Below, piece after piece: positions 11,771 to 25,091 of a DNA stretch of 64,000 nucleotides (its first letter is position 1; every line of letters starts with the position of its first letter). Where the stretch lies: positions 1,736,001 through 1,800,000 of the forward strand of contig OZ024746.1 in assembly GCA_964016885.1 (NCBI GenBank), in the 5' to 3' direction. The translations under genes and the position numbers were made by a program. Source of the DNA: Eledone cirrhosa (lineage: Eukaryota). The notes under the pieces are model-generated. The model was given only the letters and a program-made list of their open reading frames with translations, ran no database searches and was not told the DNA's origin.

Positions 11771-11863
11771 CTATAAACAAAAATATGAGAAATAAAGAAT
11801 AAATAAACATTATAAATATAAACACAAATGATTAGCATCAATCTAAATTGTGGTGTATGACAG

Positions 11864-12338
11864 TATAATAATAATAATGAAATTATTGTGTAAAGTGCTC
11901 AGGTGCACTACAACTCGTCAAAGGTGCATGTATAGTACATAGAATAATATACAAATGTCAGGGAACTGAATAGTGTTTGAGTCATGATATACATGTGTGT
12001 ATGTGTATGGAGGGGGAACATTAGGTGTAGTGTTGGCGAATCTCAGGAAGCATGGAGGTTTTAAAGGATGCAGTGTCTCGACAGCTAACAACTGATGCAG
12101 GTAGTTTGTTCCATGCTTCAGTAACTCTGAGCGTGAAAAAATATTTCCGAAAGTCATCGGAGCTGTGCTGTTTTCTGACTTTGTGGGCATGCCCACGTGT
12201 GTTAGACACATGGAAATCAAAAAGGTACTCAGGGTTGTTGGTGGCGAGATGGTTAACAATTTTGTGGGTGTTTACCAAGTCAGTTGCCAGGCGCCGGAGC
12301 TTCAATGTATCCATGCCCAGGGAAGCAAGGCGTTCAGA
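11864..12338 (-). mobile_element. CR1-clade LINE 3' fragment with (TTA)n tail
   Basis: ERLASLGMDTLKLRRL...TRGHAHKV...RKYFFTLRVTEAWNKLPASVV; the same family occurs at 18030, 51963 and 52465. Confidence 0.9.
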
Positions 12339-12462
12339 TACAGTGATTAATATCAATTGTGGTGTAAGGCATAACTTATGGTGTGGTGTAGTTATGAATG
12401 TAAATAGTAATTGGCAATATTTGTAGACATTCTAGATGGATATATTTACATATATACAACAA

Positions 12463-12620
12463 GGCTTAGTGGTTAGAGCATTGAGCTTGCAATTGAAAGG
12501 TTGTGAGTTCAATTCTCGGACTGGGTGATGTGTTGTTTCCTTGAACAAGACACTTTATTTCACATTGCTCCAGTTTACTCAGCTGTAGAAATGAGATGAT
12601 AGGACTGGGGTCCCTATCAT
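12463..12620 (+). mobile_element. SINE family A, 3'-truncated
   Basis: Near-identical to 7501-7660. Confidence 0.88.
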
Positions 12621-13822
12621 TAAATCACCCAAGACACTTCTAACGAGATATACCTTGGAGGAGGCCAGCTAAACCTGCATAGGTGTGAGCTATAACAACA
12701 TATATTTAGTACACCAAAATAGTTGATTTATTGACAATATTACAATTAGTAGAATTATACGTAAGAGACACAAGGTATCGGTCTTCTAGTTAAAGGATTG
12801 ATTCCATGTTTTATATTCTGTCACAGAGAAAAACTACATAACTCTGGGTCAAGTCCAGTAGGAATTATAATTCATGGCAACTAAAAGCATGCACGAATAA
12901 TTATTTCTAACAGAGGTCAAGGCCAATATTTTTGTGGGACTTTACTGGTACTTTATTTTATGAACTCCAGAAGAATGAAAGGCAAAGTCAAAGTTGACCT
13001 TGGCAGGATTTGAACTTTGATCCCTCATCATCCAATGCTCCACAAGGAACAAGAGGAACTAAAGAAGAAGAAAGAAAATGTTCTGAGTTCAAATCCTTCC
13101 AGGGTTGATAAAATAAAGAACTGAAATTGCTGGCCTCAAGCCAAAATTAGACATTACTTTGGTGTTATCATTTCATATTTCAAACTCAGAGCAAGGCTCA
13201 GTAGGTAAGTCACATGAGGCCAATAATTTTAGTAAAATTATTGATGAGTGTATATAGTATAGGGTACCCTGTTGGGTGACATTTTATTTTATTTTACTCT
13301 AGATATATACAGCTATAATCAACTGGAATAGCATTCTCTAATATATCCTCATTTTTAAGATGGTGGGGTTTAACGATCCTGCCTTCTGGGGATGGGTGTC
13401 AACAACTACATTATCTAACATGTTCTTCTCATTTTATAGTTGGTGGGTGTGTGATTTGAGAGATGTTTGGCTGATATTTCTAGCATGTCGAGCAATACTA
13501 TAAAAGCATCCTTAATGGCTCATTCATTTTTTATAGCTATTACATATAACAGCCATTACTGAATATTTCCAGCTGGTATGATTTTAAAAAGACTCCTAGT
13601 TTTTGTAAAGTTATGCTGATGGTTTAATGATCAATGCTTAAGTCTGCTCAAATTGGTCTGCTTTACACAGTAAAAAGTATAGGGTTGATATCTCTCTGGA
13701 GACATAACAGACATTTATAGCCTACAGTATTTTATTCTGTACCACAAACATTTATTGAAATTTTATTAAACAAGCAAAAAATTCAAATTTGGCCTTTTGC
13801 ATTCCTACATATAATATAATAA

Positions 13823-13890
<68 letters not shown>

Positions 13891-13974
13891 GCACCCACCC
13901 ACACACACATATATATATATCATCATCATCATCATCCTCACCGTGTGTATTGGGAGCACATGACTGTGTATTGG

Positions 13975-14908
13975 AGGTCGGTATGTGTGTGTGTAGGGAG
14001 CAGGTGTGTCTGTGTGTATGTGTGTGTAGGGAGCAGGTGTGTCTGTGTGTATGTGTGTGTAGGGAGCAGATGTGTCTGTGTGTATGTGTGTGTAGGGAGC
14101 AGATGTGTCTGTGTGTATGTGTGTAGGGAGCAGATGTGTCTGTGTGTATGTGTGTGTAGGGAGCAGATGTGTCTGTGTGTGTGTGTGTGTATTGGGAGCA
14201 GATGTGTCTGTGTGTATGTGTGTGTAGGGAGCAGATGTTTCTGTATGTGTGTGTGTAGGGAGCAGATGTGTCTATGTGTGTGTGTATTGGGAGCAGATGT
14301 GTCTGTGTGTATGTGTGTAGGGAGCAGATGTGTCTGTGTGTGTGTGTGTGTAGGGAGCAGATGTGTCTGTGTGTATGTGTGTATTGGGAGCAGATGTGTC
14401 TGTGTGTATGTGTGTAGGGAGCAGGTGTGTCTGTGTGTATGTGTGTGTGTATGTGTGTGTGTATTGGGAGCAGATGTGTCTGTGTGTATGTGTGTGTGTA
14501 TTGGGAGCAGATGTGTCTGTGTGTATGTGTGTGTGTAGGGAGCAGATGTGTCTGTGTGTATGTGTGTGTAGGGAGCAGATGTGTCTGTGTGTATGTGTGT
14601 GTAGGGAGCAGATGTGTCTGTGTGTGTGTGTGTGTAGGGAGCAGATGTGTCTGTGTGTATGTGTGTGTAGGGAGCAGATGTGTCTGTGTATGTGTGTGTG
14701 TGTAGGGAGCAGATGTGTCTGTGTGTGTGTGTGTGTAGGGAGCAGATGTGTCTGTGTGTGTGTGTGTGTAGGGAGCAGATGTGTCTGTGTGTATGTGTGT
14801 GTAGGGAGCAGATGTGTCTGTGTATGTGTGTGTGTGTAGGGAGCAGATGTGTCTGTGTGTGTGTGTGTGTAGGGAGCAGATGTGTCTGTGTGTATGTGTG
14901 TGTAGGGA
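13975..14908. repeat. About 31-35-bp minisatellite gggagcagatgtgtct(gt)n
   Basis: Read directly. Confidence 0.95.
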
Positions 14909-14959
14909 GTGTTAACCAGAGTTCACATTCCTGAGAAATGGTGATGACAATTCCCTTAA

Positions 14960-15160
14960 ATCTCAGTTAGTAGACTCGTGACTAAGGTTGTGGGTTTGTT
15001 TCCTGGAACAAGCAGTGTGTTGTATCCTTGAGCAAGACACTTTACTTTTATGACACTCATAATCCACTCAGCAGAAAAATATAATGGGCTGCAAAAACAA
15101 TGAAGCCAAGTTGTATCAACTTTTGCCTTTCCCTTGGACAATATTGGTAGTGTTTGAGAG
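14960..15160 (+). mobile_element. Degraded SINE with CORE-like segment (related to family A)
   Basis: tgtgttgtatccttgagcaagacacttt...atccactcagc. Confidence 0.6.
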
Positions 15161-15191
15161 AGCTAAACTGAGCTAGACTGAGCTGTGTTAA

Positions 15192-17345
15192 TCTGATGCC
15201 AGATCAGATCAGATAATACAGGCAGTCTGATAATGTTGACTAATACAGACATCTGATCTGATCCCAGATCAGATCAGATAATACAGGCAGTCTGATAGTG
15301 TTGACTAATACAGACATCTGATCTGATACCAGATCAGATCAGATAATACAGGCAGTCTGATAGTGTTGACTAATACAGACATCTGATCTGATACCAGATC
15401 AGATCAGATAATACAGGCAGTCTGATAGTGTTGACTAATACAGACACGAGATCTGATCCCAGATCAGATCAGATAATACAGGCAGTCTGATAGTGTTGAC
15501 TAATACAGACATGAAATCTGATCCCAGATCAGATCAGATAATACAGGCAGTCTGATAGTGTTGACTAATACAGACATCTGATCTGATACCAGATCAGATC
15601 AGATAATACAGGCAGTCTGATAGTGTTGACTAATACAGACATGAGATCTGATCCCAGATCAGATCAGATAATACAGGCAGTCTGATAGTGTTGACTAATA
15701 CAGACATCTGATCTGATCCCAGATCAGATCAGATAATACAGGCAGTCTGATAGTGTTGACTAATACAGACATCTGATCTGATACCAGATCAGATCAGATA
15801 ATACAGGCAGTCTGATAGTGTTGACTAATACAGACATCTGATCTGATACCAGATCAGATCAGATAATACAGGCAGTCTGATAGTGTTGACTAATACAGAC
15901 ATGAGATCTGATCCCAGATCAGATCAGATAATACAGGCAGTCTGATAGTGTTGACTAATACAGACATCTGATCTGATACCGGATCAGATAATACAGGCAG
16001 TCTGATAATGTTGACTAATACAAACATGAGATCTGATCCCAGATCAGATCAGATAATACAGGCAGTCTGATAGTGTTGACTAATACAGACATCTGATCTG
16101 ATACCAGATCAGATAATACAGGCAGTCTGATAGTGTTGACTAATACAGACATGAGATCTGATCCCAGATCAGATCAGATAATACAGGCAGTCTGATAGTG
16201 TTGACTAATACAGACATCTGATCTGATACCAGATCAGATCAGATAATACAGGCAGTCTGATAGTGTTGACTAATACAGACATGAGATCTGATACCGGATC
16301 AGATCAGATAATACAGGCAGTCTGATAGTGTTGACTAATACAGACATGAGATCTGATACCGGATCAGATCAGATAATACAGGCAGTCTGATAGTGTTGAC
16401 TAATACAGACATCTGATCTGATACCAGATCAGATCAGATAATACAGGCAGTCTGATAGTGTTGACTAATACAGACATCTGATCTGATACCAGATCAGATC
16501 AGATAATACAGGCAGTCTGATAGTGTTGACTAATACAGACATCTGATCTGATACCAGATCAGATCAGATAATACAGGCAGTCTGATAGTGTTGACTAATA
16601 CAGACATCTGATCTGATACCAGATCAGATCAGATAATACAGGCAGTCTGATAGTGTTGACTAATACAGACATGAGATCTGATCCCAGATCAGATAATACA
16701 GGCAGTCTGATAGTGTTGACTAATACAGACATGAGATCTGATCCCAGATCAGATCAGATAATACAGGCAGTCTGATAGTGTTGACTAATACAGACATCTG
16801 ATCTGATACCAGATCAGATCAGATAATACAGGCAGTCTGATAGTGTTGACTAATACAGACATGAGATCTGATCCCAGATCAGATCAGATAATACAGGCAG
16901 TCTGATAGTGTTGACTAATACAGACATCTGATCTGATACCAGATCAGATCAGATAATACAGGCAGTCTGATAGTGTTGACTAATACAGACATCTGATCTG
17001 ATACCAGATCAGATCAGATAATACAGGCAGTCTGATAGTGTTGACTAATACAGACATGAGATCTGATCCCAGATCAGATCAGATAATACAGGCAGTCTGA
17101 TAGTGTTGACTAATACAGACATCTGATCTGATACCAGATCAGATCAGATAATACAGGCAGTCTGATAGTGTTGACTAATACAGACATGAGATCTGATCCC
17201 GGATCAGATCAGATAATACAGGCAGTCTGATAGTGTTGACTAATACAGACATGAGATCTGATCCCAGATCAGATCAGATAATACAGGCAGTCTGATAGTG
17301 TTGACTAATACAGACATCTGATCTGATCCCGGATCAGATCTAATC
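15192..17345. repeat. 65-bp minisatellite, about 33 copies, with an internal hairpin
   Basis: Period 65 (15266, 15331, 15396); contains atctgatctgat-N5-atcagatcagat. Confidence 0.96.
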
Positions 17346-18029
17346 CTGGATTAAATTCAATGCCAGATCAGACCTGATAATACAGGCTGTCTGATATATA
17401 TATTATATACATTAACTACTATATATTTACATACAAATCCAGACAAATATTCTTATATAAAATATGTGTAAAACATTCTAAATATTCTCTATTTGAATTT
17501 CCTAAAAATATATACACACAATCATATATATACACACAATCATATATATACACACACAATGATATATATACACACAATCACACATATATACACACAATCA
17601 TATATATATACACACAATCATATATATATACACACAATCATATATATATACACAATCACACATATATACACACAATCATATATATATATACACAATCACA
17701 CATATATACACACAATCACACATATATACACACAATCACACATATATACACACAATCACATATATACACACAATCACACATATATACATACAATCAATAT
17801 ATATATATACACACAATCATATATATACACACAATCACACATATATACACACAATCAATATATACACAAAATCATATATATACACACAACCACACATATA
17901 TACACACAATCATATATAGATACACACAATCACACATATATACACACAATCACACATATATACACACAATCACACATATACACACAATCATATATATACA
18001 CACAATCACACATATATACACAAAATCAT

Positions 18030-18568
18030 ATAATAATAATAATAATGAAATATTGTGTACAGTGCTCAGGTGCACTACAACTCATCAAAAGTGTATGTAT
18101 AGTACATAGGGTAATGTACAAATGTCAGGAAAATTAACAGTGCAAGAGTCATGATATACATGTGTGCATGTGTATGGAAGGGGTACATCAGGTGTAGTTT
18201 TGGCGAATTTTGGGAAGCATGAGTGTTTTAAAGGATGCAGTGTCTCGACAGCTAACAACTGACGCAGGCAGTTTGTTCCATGCTTCAGCAACTCTGAGCA
18301 TGAAAAAATGTTTCCGAAAGTCATAGGAGCTGTGCTGTTTTCTGATTTTGTAGGCATGTCCACGTGTGTTAGACACATGGAGATCAAAATGGTGCTCAGG
18401 GTTGTTGTTGGCGTTGTTAATAACTTTGTGGATGTTTACCAAGTCCATTGCCAGACGTCGGAGCTTCAATGAATCCATGCCCAGGGAAGCAAGGTGTTCA
18501 GAGTATGGTAGGTGCCTGATGGAGGGTATGCGCTTGGTTGCACGTTTCTGAACAGTTTCCAGGAGGAT
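18030..18568 (-). mobile_element. CR1-clade LINE 3' fragment
   Basis: LLETVQKRATKRIPSIRHLPYSEHLASLGMDSLKLRRL...RGHAYKI...EAWNKLP; (TTA)n tail. Confidence 0.92.
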
Positions 18569-18964
18569 TGTGGGTATATATATACACACAATCAATATAT
18601 ATACACACAATCATATATATACACACAATCACACATATATACACACAATCACACATATATACACACACAATCATATATATACACACAATCATATATATAC
18701 ACACAATCATATATATATACACACAATCATATATATATACACACAATCATATATATACACACAATCATATATATATACACACACTCACACATATATACAC
18801 ACAATCATATATATATATACACAATCACATATATATACACACACTCACACATATATACACACAATCACACACATATATACACAATCATATATATACACAC
18901 AATCACACATATATACACACAATCACATATATATACACACAATCACATATATATACACACAATC

Positions 18965-19221
18965 ATGGTCGTGGAGGTGCCACGGCAAAAAAGCACCCAG
19001 CCCACACTGTAAAGTGGACGTGTAGGCGCCATGAAAAAGCACCTAGCACTCGCTATAAATGAGGTTGGTGTTAGGAAGGGCATCCAGCTGTAGAAATCAA
19101 GCCAAATCAGTTCCTGTATGAGCAAGGCATGGTCAGCCGACCAGACACTGTCCACAACAGGACAACCCGTCTAACCCATGCTAGCGGGGAAGAACGGACG
19201 TAAAACGGTGATGATGATGAC
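18965..19221 (+). mobile_element. RTE-A 3' UTR fragment with (GAT)n tail
   Basis: Near-identical to the reverse complement of 7840-8098. Confidence 0.9.
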
Positions 19222-20735
19222 TCACACATATATACACACAATCACACATATATACACAATCATATATATACACACAATCAATATATATACACACAATCAA
19301 TATATATACACACACTAACACACACATACAGCCACACACACACACACACCTTACCCTACCCTAACAGCCCCAGTAAACTACCAACAGATGACAATAGATT
19401 CTTTACGTGACATATGTTTCTAGTTTAGAATAAATCTTGATTTACTCCATTAAGTAAAGTAGCTACAAACTTTAGAGAATATTTCGGGAAAGACACATAC
19501 ACACATATACATACACACATACACATACACACATACATATACACACATATACATACACACATATACATACACACATACACACATACATATACACACATAT
19601 ACATACACACATACACACACACACATACACACATACATATACACACATATACATACGCACATATACATATACACATACACACATACACACATACATATAC
19701 ACACATATACATACACACATATACATACACACATACACATACACACATACACACATACATATACACACATATACATACACACATATACATACACACATAC
19801 ACATACACACATACACACATACATATACACACATATACATACACACATATACATACACACATACACATATACACACATACACACACACACATACACACAT
19901 ACATATACACACATATACATACACACATATACATACACACATACACATACACACATACACACATACATATACATACACACATATACATACACACATACAC
20001 ATACACACATACACACATACATATACACACATATACATACACACATATACATACACACATATACATACACACATACATATACACACATATACATACACAC
20101 ATATACATACACACATACACACATACATATACATACACACATACACACATACACATACACACATACATATACACACATACATACACACATATACATACAC
20201 ACATACACATATACATACACACATATACATACACACATATACATACACACATATACATACACACATATACATACACATATACACACATATACATACACAC
20301 ATATACATACATATACACACACATACATACACAAGCACAAACACACACACACATATACATACACAAGCAAACACACACACATACATACACACACACACAC
20401 ATATAGACCGAGGGAAGTATTATTTACTGCCAGACTCCACCATCCCCTTTTAACCATTTATTGCTCTTTCAGAAGACTTTCATGTCTATGGCAGCAAATA
20501 TTTTGGTTTGATTTTTTTAATTTTTCTTCAGGATAAATTACAATTCTATGAGATTTTCTCCACTTTTTTCTCTCCTGTCTCATTTCCAAGTCATTACCCT
20601 AATAAGTGACAAATCTTCCCTTGCTCCTAGGACCTTAGTCGAATATAAGTAATTTTTTCTGATATGTAGATAATTTGATGGAATATTGTGCTGATTTTGG
20701 TGCCTGAGCATTCCAATAGTTCAATTGATTGAACT

Positions 20736-21383
20736 ATTCTTGGGTCTAGAATAATGCACCCTCCCCCCACCACCACCATTAATTCTACAGATTTGTTCAC
20801 CTCCACCCTCCTATTATTCCTCCACCACCACCACCACCCCGTCCTTATTAAATTTTGCTACTTTATCTCTGTAGAAATTTTATTTTAACCCTTTAACATT
20901 TACATTACTCTAAATTTACTATTGTATTTTCATGGTAAACACTTTATCTCATATAGTTATCTCATATAATATCAAATCTACGAGATTTTAATATTATTTA
21001 TATTTATTTTGAGAACAATATCTTAACATAAGTATGAGCAGCTGGTTTGGGCTGGTTTGGACAGAAAGAGGTGAGAGAATTCTGGCCGGATACGGCCGGT
21101 TTAAATGCTAAAGGTTAAGTAGTAGCATTCCTGCAACAATTAATATTATTTAGACATTAAAAACATTATACATGGCAAAAGTACATTACTATAAATCTCA
21201 TATGTTATAAAATAAATAGGATGGGTTGGGCTCTCATATGTAAACTAAACGACTAATTCTGGGTTTTTTTTAAATATCAATGGAGACAACCTAGAAAAAT
21301 TACAGAATTTTCACACCCTCCCACTTATTTCAACCTCCCCTACTTATTCCACTCCACCCCATATTATTTGGGACCCGAGACTA
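20736..21383. mobile_element. Non-autonomous DNA transposon (MITE), interrupted by a piggyBac-type MITE
   Basis: Imperfect TIRs ttcttgggtctagaataat / attatttgggacccgaga; an uninterrupted copy in opposite orientation lies at 51468-51907. Confidence 0.7.
20885..21118. mobile_element. piggyBac-type MITE (family 1) with TTAA target duplication
   Basis: TTAA-ccctttaacattt...aaatgctaaagg-TTAA; a second copy lies inverted at 37645-37877. Confidence 0.85.
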
Positions 21384-22546
21384 CCTGTTCTTTGGATTAT
21401 AGTATAAGTAAGAGAACATTCAACAGACTCTTGTACTTAACATAATCTTCAATATCATGTAATCACCAGGATACTATATGTTACAAAGCTTCATGCTGAT
21501 CCATACAAACATTCTATGAAATATACCTTCCGTATGAGCAAGACAAGGTCAGCCAACTGGACACTGCCCACAACAGGAAACCCGTCTAACACATGATAGC
21601 GTGGAAGAATGGACGTAAAAAGGTGATGATGATGTTTAATAGGTCTACTCTATCCTGGATGACCTGCTGTTAAACAACAGTGACAACTTAAATAGGTATT
21701 GCAGATTAACAAGTCACAGCTTTAAGTAGTCAAACTGACGACTGTTTTGTCAACTTACAGTTGCTAAGTTCAACCCCTCCTGAGAGAGCAGCTAAAAAAT
21801 AGACCTCAATCATCTAATGATAGTTACTTGTAATCATGAAAAATCAAGGACCTGACTTGACCCTCTGTCAATCAGGTAAAATTACTTGGAACAAGATCTG
21901 TCATTTCCTGGACTGGTAAGGGACCTGATCTCAACACAGCAATATTTTGAAACATTTGAAAATTTTTTTGTTTTTGAAGAAATCAGTAAAAGTTTATTCC
22001 CAATACACATGAAATCTAGCGTGGAAGATAGACATTAAATGATGTGTTTCACTCACAAAGTTGGCTTAAAAACCATTGATAATTAGATAAATATGAAAAA
22101 TAAAAATAAAAGCAAAATTAAGTAATGAGAAAAAAGGAAGGGGGTAAAGAAGGGCAGATCTGGCTGTATAGGAAAGTAACCTATAAATAGGTATAGGAAA
22201 GTTTCCTATAAATTCAGAGGTTCAAGAACTTTCACTGTTTATAATGGTGAGTAGATTAACACTAATAAGAGGACCAGCTAGGAACCTTTTATTGTAGACA
22301 ATCATCATCATCATCATCATCGTTTAACGTCCATCTTCCACGCTTGCATGGGTTTGGACAATATAATAAGGAATTATCTTTTGAGAAAAAGAAGCATAAT
22401 GGCCCAGTGAAAATTGATACCACCATCATTTTACATTGTTTTATGTTAAAAAATGTTTGATTCCAGCTTCCATTCCATTATTAAGAGTGCTAAAAGCATA
22501 ACACTCTAATACACATAGTAACAAGCAGAATATTATATCTCATTAC

Positions 22547-23411
22547 ATTATCTTGTAATAGATAGGTACCATGTTATCTTGTAATAGATAGGTACCATGT
22601 TATCTTGTAATAGATAGGTACCATGTTATCTTGTAATAGATAGGCACCATATTATCTTGTAATAGATAGGTACCATGTTATCTTGTAATAGATAGGTACC
22701 ATGTTATCTTGTAATAGATAGGTACCATATTATCTTGTAATAGATAGGTACCATATTATCTTGTAATAGATAGGTACCATATTATCTTGTAATAGATAGG
22801 TACCATATTATCTTGTAATAGATAGGTACCATATTATCTTGTAATAGATAGGTACCATATTATCTTGTAATAGATAGGTACCATGTTATCTTGTAATAGA
22901 TAGGTACCATGTTATCTTGAAATAGATAGGTACCATGTTATCTTGAAATAGATAGGTACCATGTTATCTTGTAATAGATAGGTACCATGTTATCTTGTAA
23001 TAGATAGGTACCATGTTATCTTGTAATAGATAGGTACCATATTATCTTGTAATAGATAGGTACCATATTATCTTGTAATAGATAGGTACCATATTATCTT
23101 GTAATAGATAGGTACCATATTATCTTGTAATAGATAGGTACCATATTATCTTGTAATAGATAGGTACCATATTATCTTGTAATAGATAGGTACCATATTA
23201 TCTTGTAATAGATAGGTACCATGTTATCTTGTAATAGATAGGTACCATGTTATCTTGAAATAGATAGGTACCATGTTATCTTGTAATAGAGAGGTACCAT
23301 GTTATCTTGTAATAGAGAGGTACCATGTTATCTTGTAATAGATAGGTACCATATTATCTTGTAACAGATAGGTACCATATTATCTTGTAATAGATAGGTA
23401 CCATATTATCT
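22547..23411. repeat. 26-bp minisatellite, about 33 copies
   Basis: Unit ttatcttgtaatagataggtaccat(g/a). Confidence 0.96.
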
Positions 23412-23964
23412 ATGAATATTTATCTGAAATATGCTGGTTCTTAGCTAGAGGAATGCAATGGACCTATGTTGGTTTCAACAATGAATATTCCAGTTGTTCA
23501 TTCAATGGAACAGCCTGCTCAAGAATTTAACATGTAAGTGACTGAGCATCCTACAAACACGTATACCTTTAACATAATTGTTTCTCATGATACAGTGATG
23601 ATTCAGTGTGATAGAGTGCACAGCAAAGCTGGCCTTTTGTACTGTAGATAGTCAATTTGACAGGCAAAGCTGTAGATACAGTCAATTTGACAGGTTTCCA
23701 AACAGTTTCCATTTCACTCACATGTTATGGGTTAACCCAAGGCTATGGTGACACTTAAGATATCACAGAGTTGGATTGAACCCAGGACCTAATGATTGTA
23801 AAATAAACTTCTTAACGACCAATCTTGCCTCAATTCCTGTCTAAACCCATGCTAGTGTGGAAGATAGACGTTAAACGATGATGATGAGCGGCCAATTACA
23901 GCTGATTTGAACAGAAAGAGGCGAGAGAATGTTAAAGGGTTAAAAATATTCCAAGAGATCACAG

Positions 23965-24345
23965 CTCTGATACTATGGGCATGTGGTTAGAATGTCTCAG
24001 GAAAGAATTGCCGGACAGATTTTTACAGGCAAACCAACCGGCAGGAGACCCAGGGGTAGACTCCGAGCAAGATGGTCAGATAACATCCATGTGATTGGTT
24101 GGTCCCGCTTGGGGATCCAGTTGGATCAGTTGTACATTGTCGCTTCTGACAGGACCTACTGGAAGGAGTGTTTGAGGACTCTGCCCCCATGACCCTCTCA
24201 GGAATAAGTGGGAGAGGAGAAGAAGAAAAAGAAAAGAAGAAAAAGAAGAAAAAGAAGAAAAAGAAGAAAAGGAAGAAAAGGAAGAAAAAGAAGAAAAAGA
24301 AGAAAAAGAAGAAAAAGAAGAAAAAGAAGAAAAAGAAAGAAAAAG
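23965..24345 (+). mobile_element. RTE-clade LINE 3' fragment with an expanded GAA-rich tail
   Basis: YYGHVVRMSQERIA...GRRPRGRLRARWSD...DRTYWK...LPP, followed by (gaaaaagaa)n. Confidence 0.8.
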
Positions 24346-25091
24346 AGATATTTAACTCTACTCTAGCTCATATAATAAAACCAGAACTAAAAAGATCTTT
24401 GGGAGTTAGTTTCAGAAGATATTTAGATTCAAGCAACTATTTCTATTTCAAGAGAATACAATAAAAATATTAAATTCTTTAACACCTGCAAAAAAAAAAT
24501 AAAGTTTATAAATTTGAACCATTACACTATTTTTTACAACATTTCTAAGAAGAGCAACCACAAACAAACAGGAATATGATAGGTAAAACATTGAAAAGGA
24601 AACACTGGGCAATGAAACCTTCTGTCAGCAGAGACATTTAATAGGGAGATAAGAAAGATAACAGTTATAATGTAGGAAACACTAAACTTAGAGAATTAAT
24701 GGGTGGAGGGGGTATTGTTGGGAAGGAAAAAAGAAAAGAAAGGAATAAATAAAGGAAGATGAGAAAAGAAAGCAAGAAAAGAAAAATCGAAGAAAAAAGC
24801 AGAGAATGGAAAAAAGAAAGATAGAAGGACTGAAAAATGGAATGGAAGACAATGAAAAAAGAAAAATACAAAACCAGAAGGGAAGAGAGATAGAATGAAA
24901 GAAGAGAAGAAAGAAATGTGTGAGAAAAAAAATAGAAAGGACAAAGGAGAGAAAAAAATGAGAGATGGGAGATGAAAAAAAAAGAGAAAGAAAACAAATG
25001 AAAAAAGAAACGAAAAATAAATCAGTGATATCCAAGATTCGGAATTCAGCAATTTTCCTGATCTTATTTTATATAATAGTAATGGTAAGAC

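Larger units (their letters stand above)
17508..20404. repeat. Complex CA/TA microsatellite field, interrupted by CR1 and RTE fragments
   Basis: (cacaatcatatatata)n-like and (acacatatac)n-like tracts. Confidence 0.9.
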
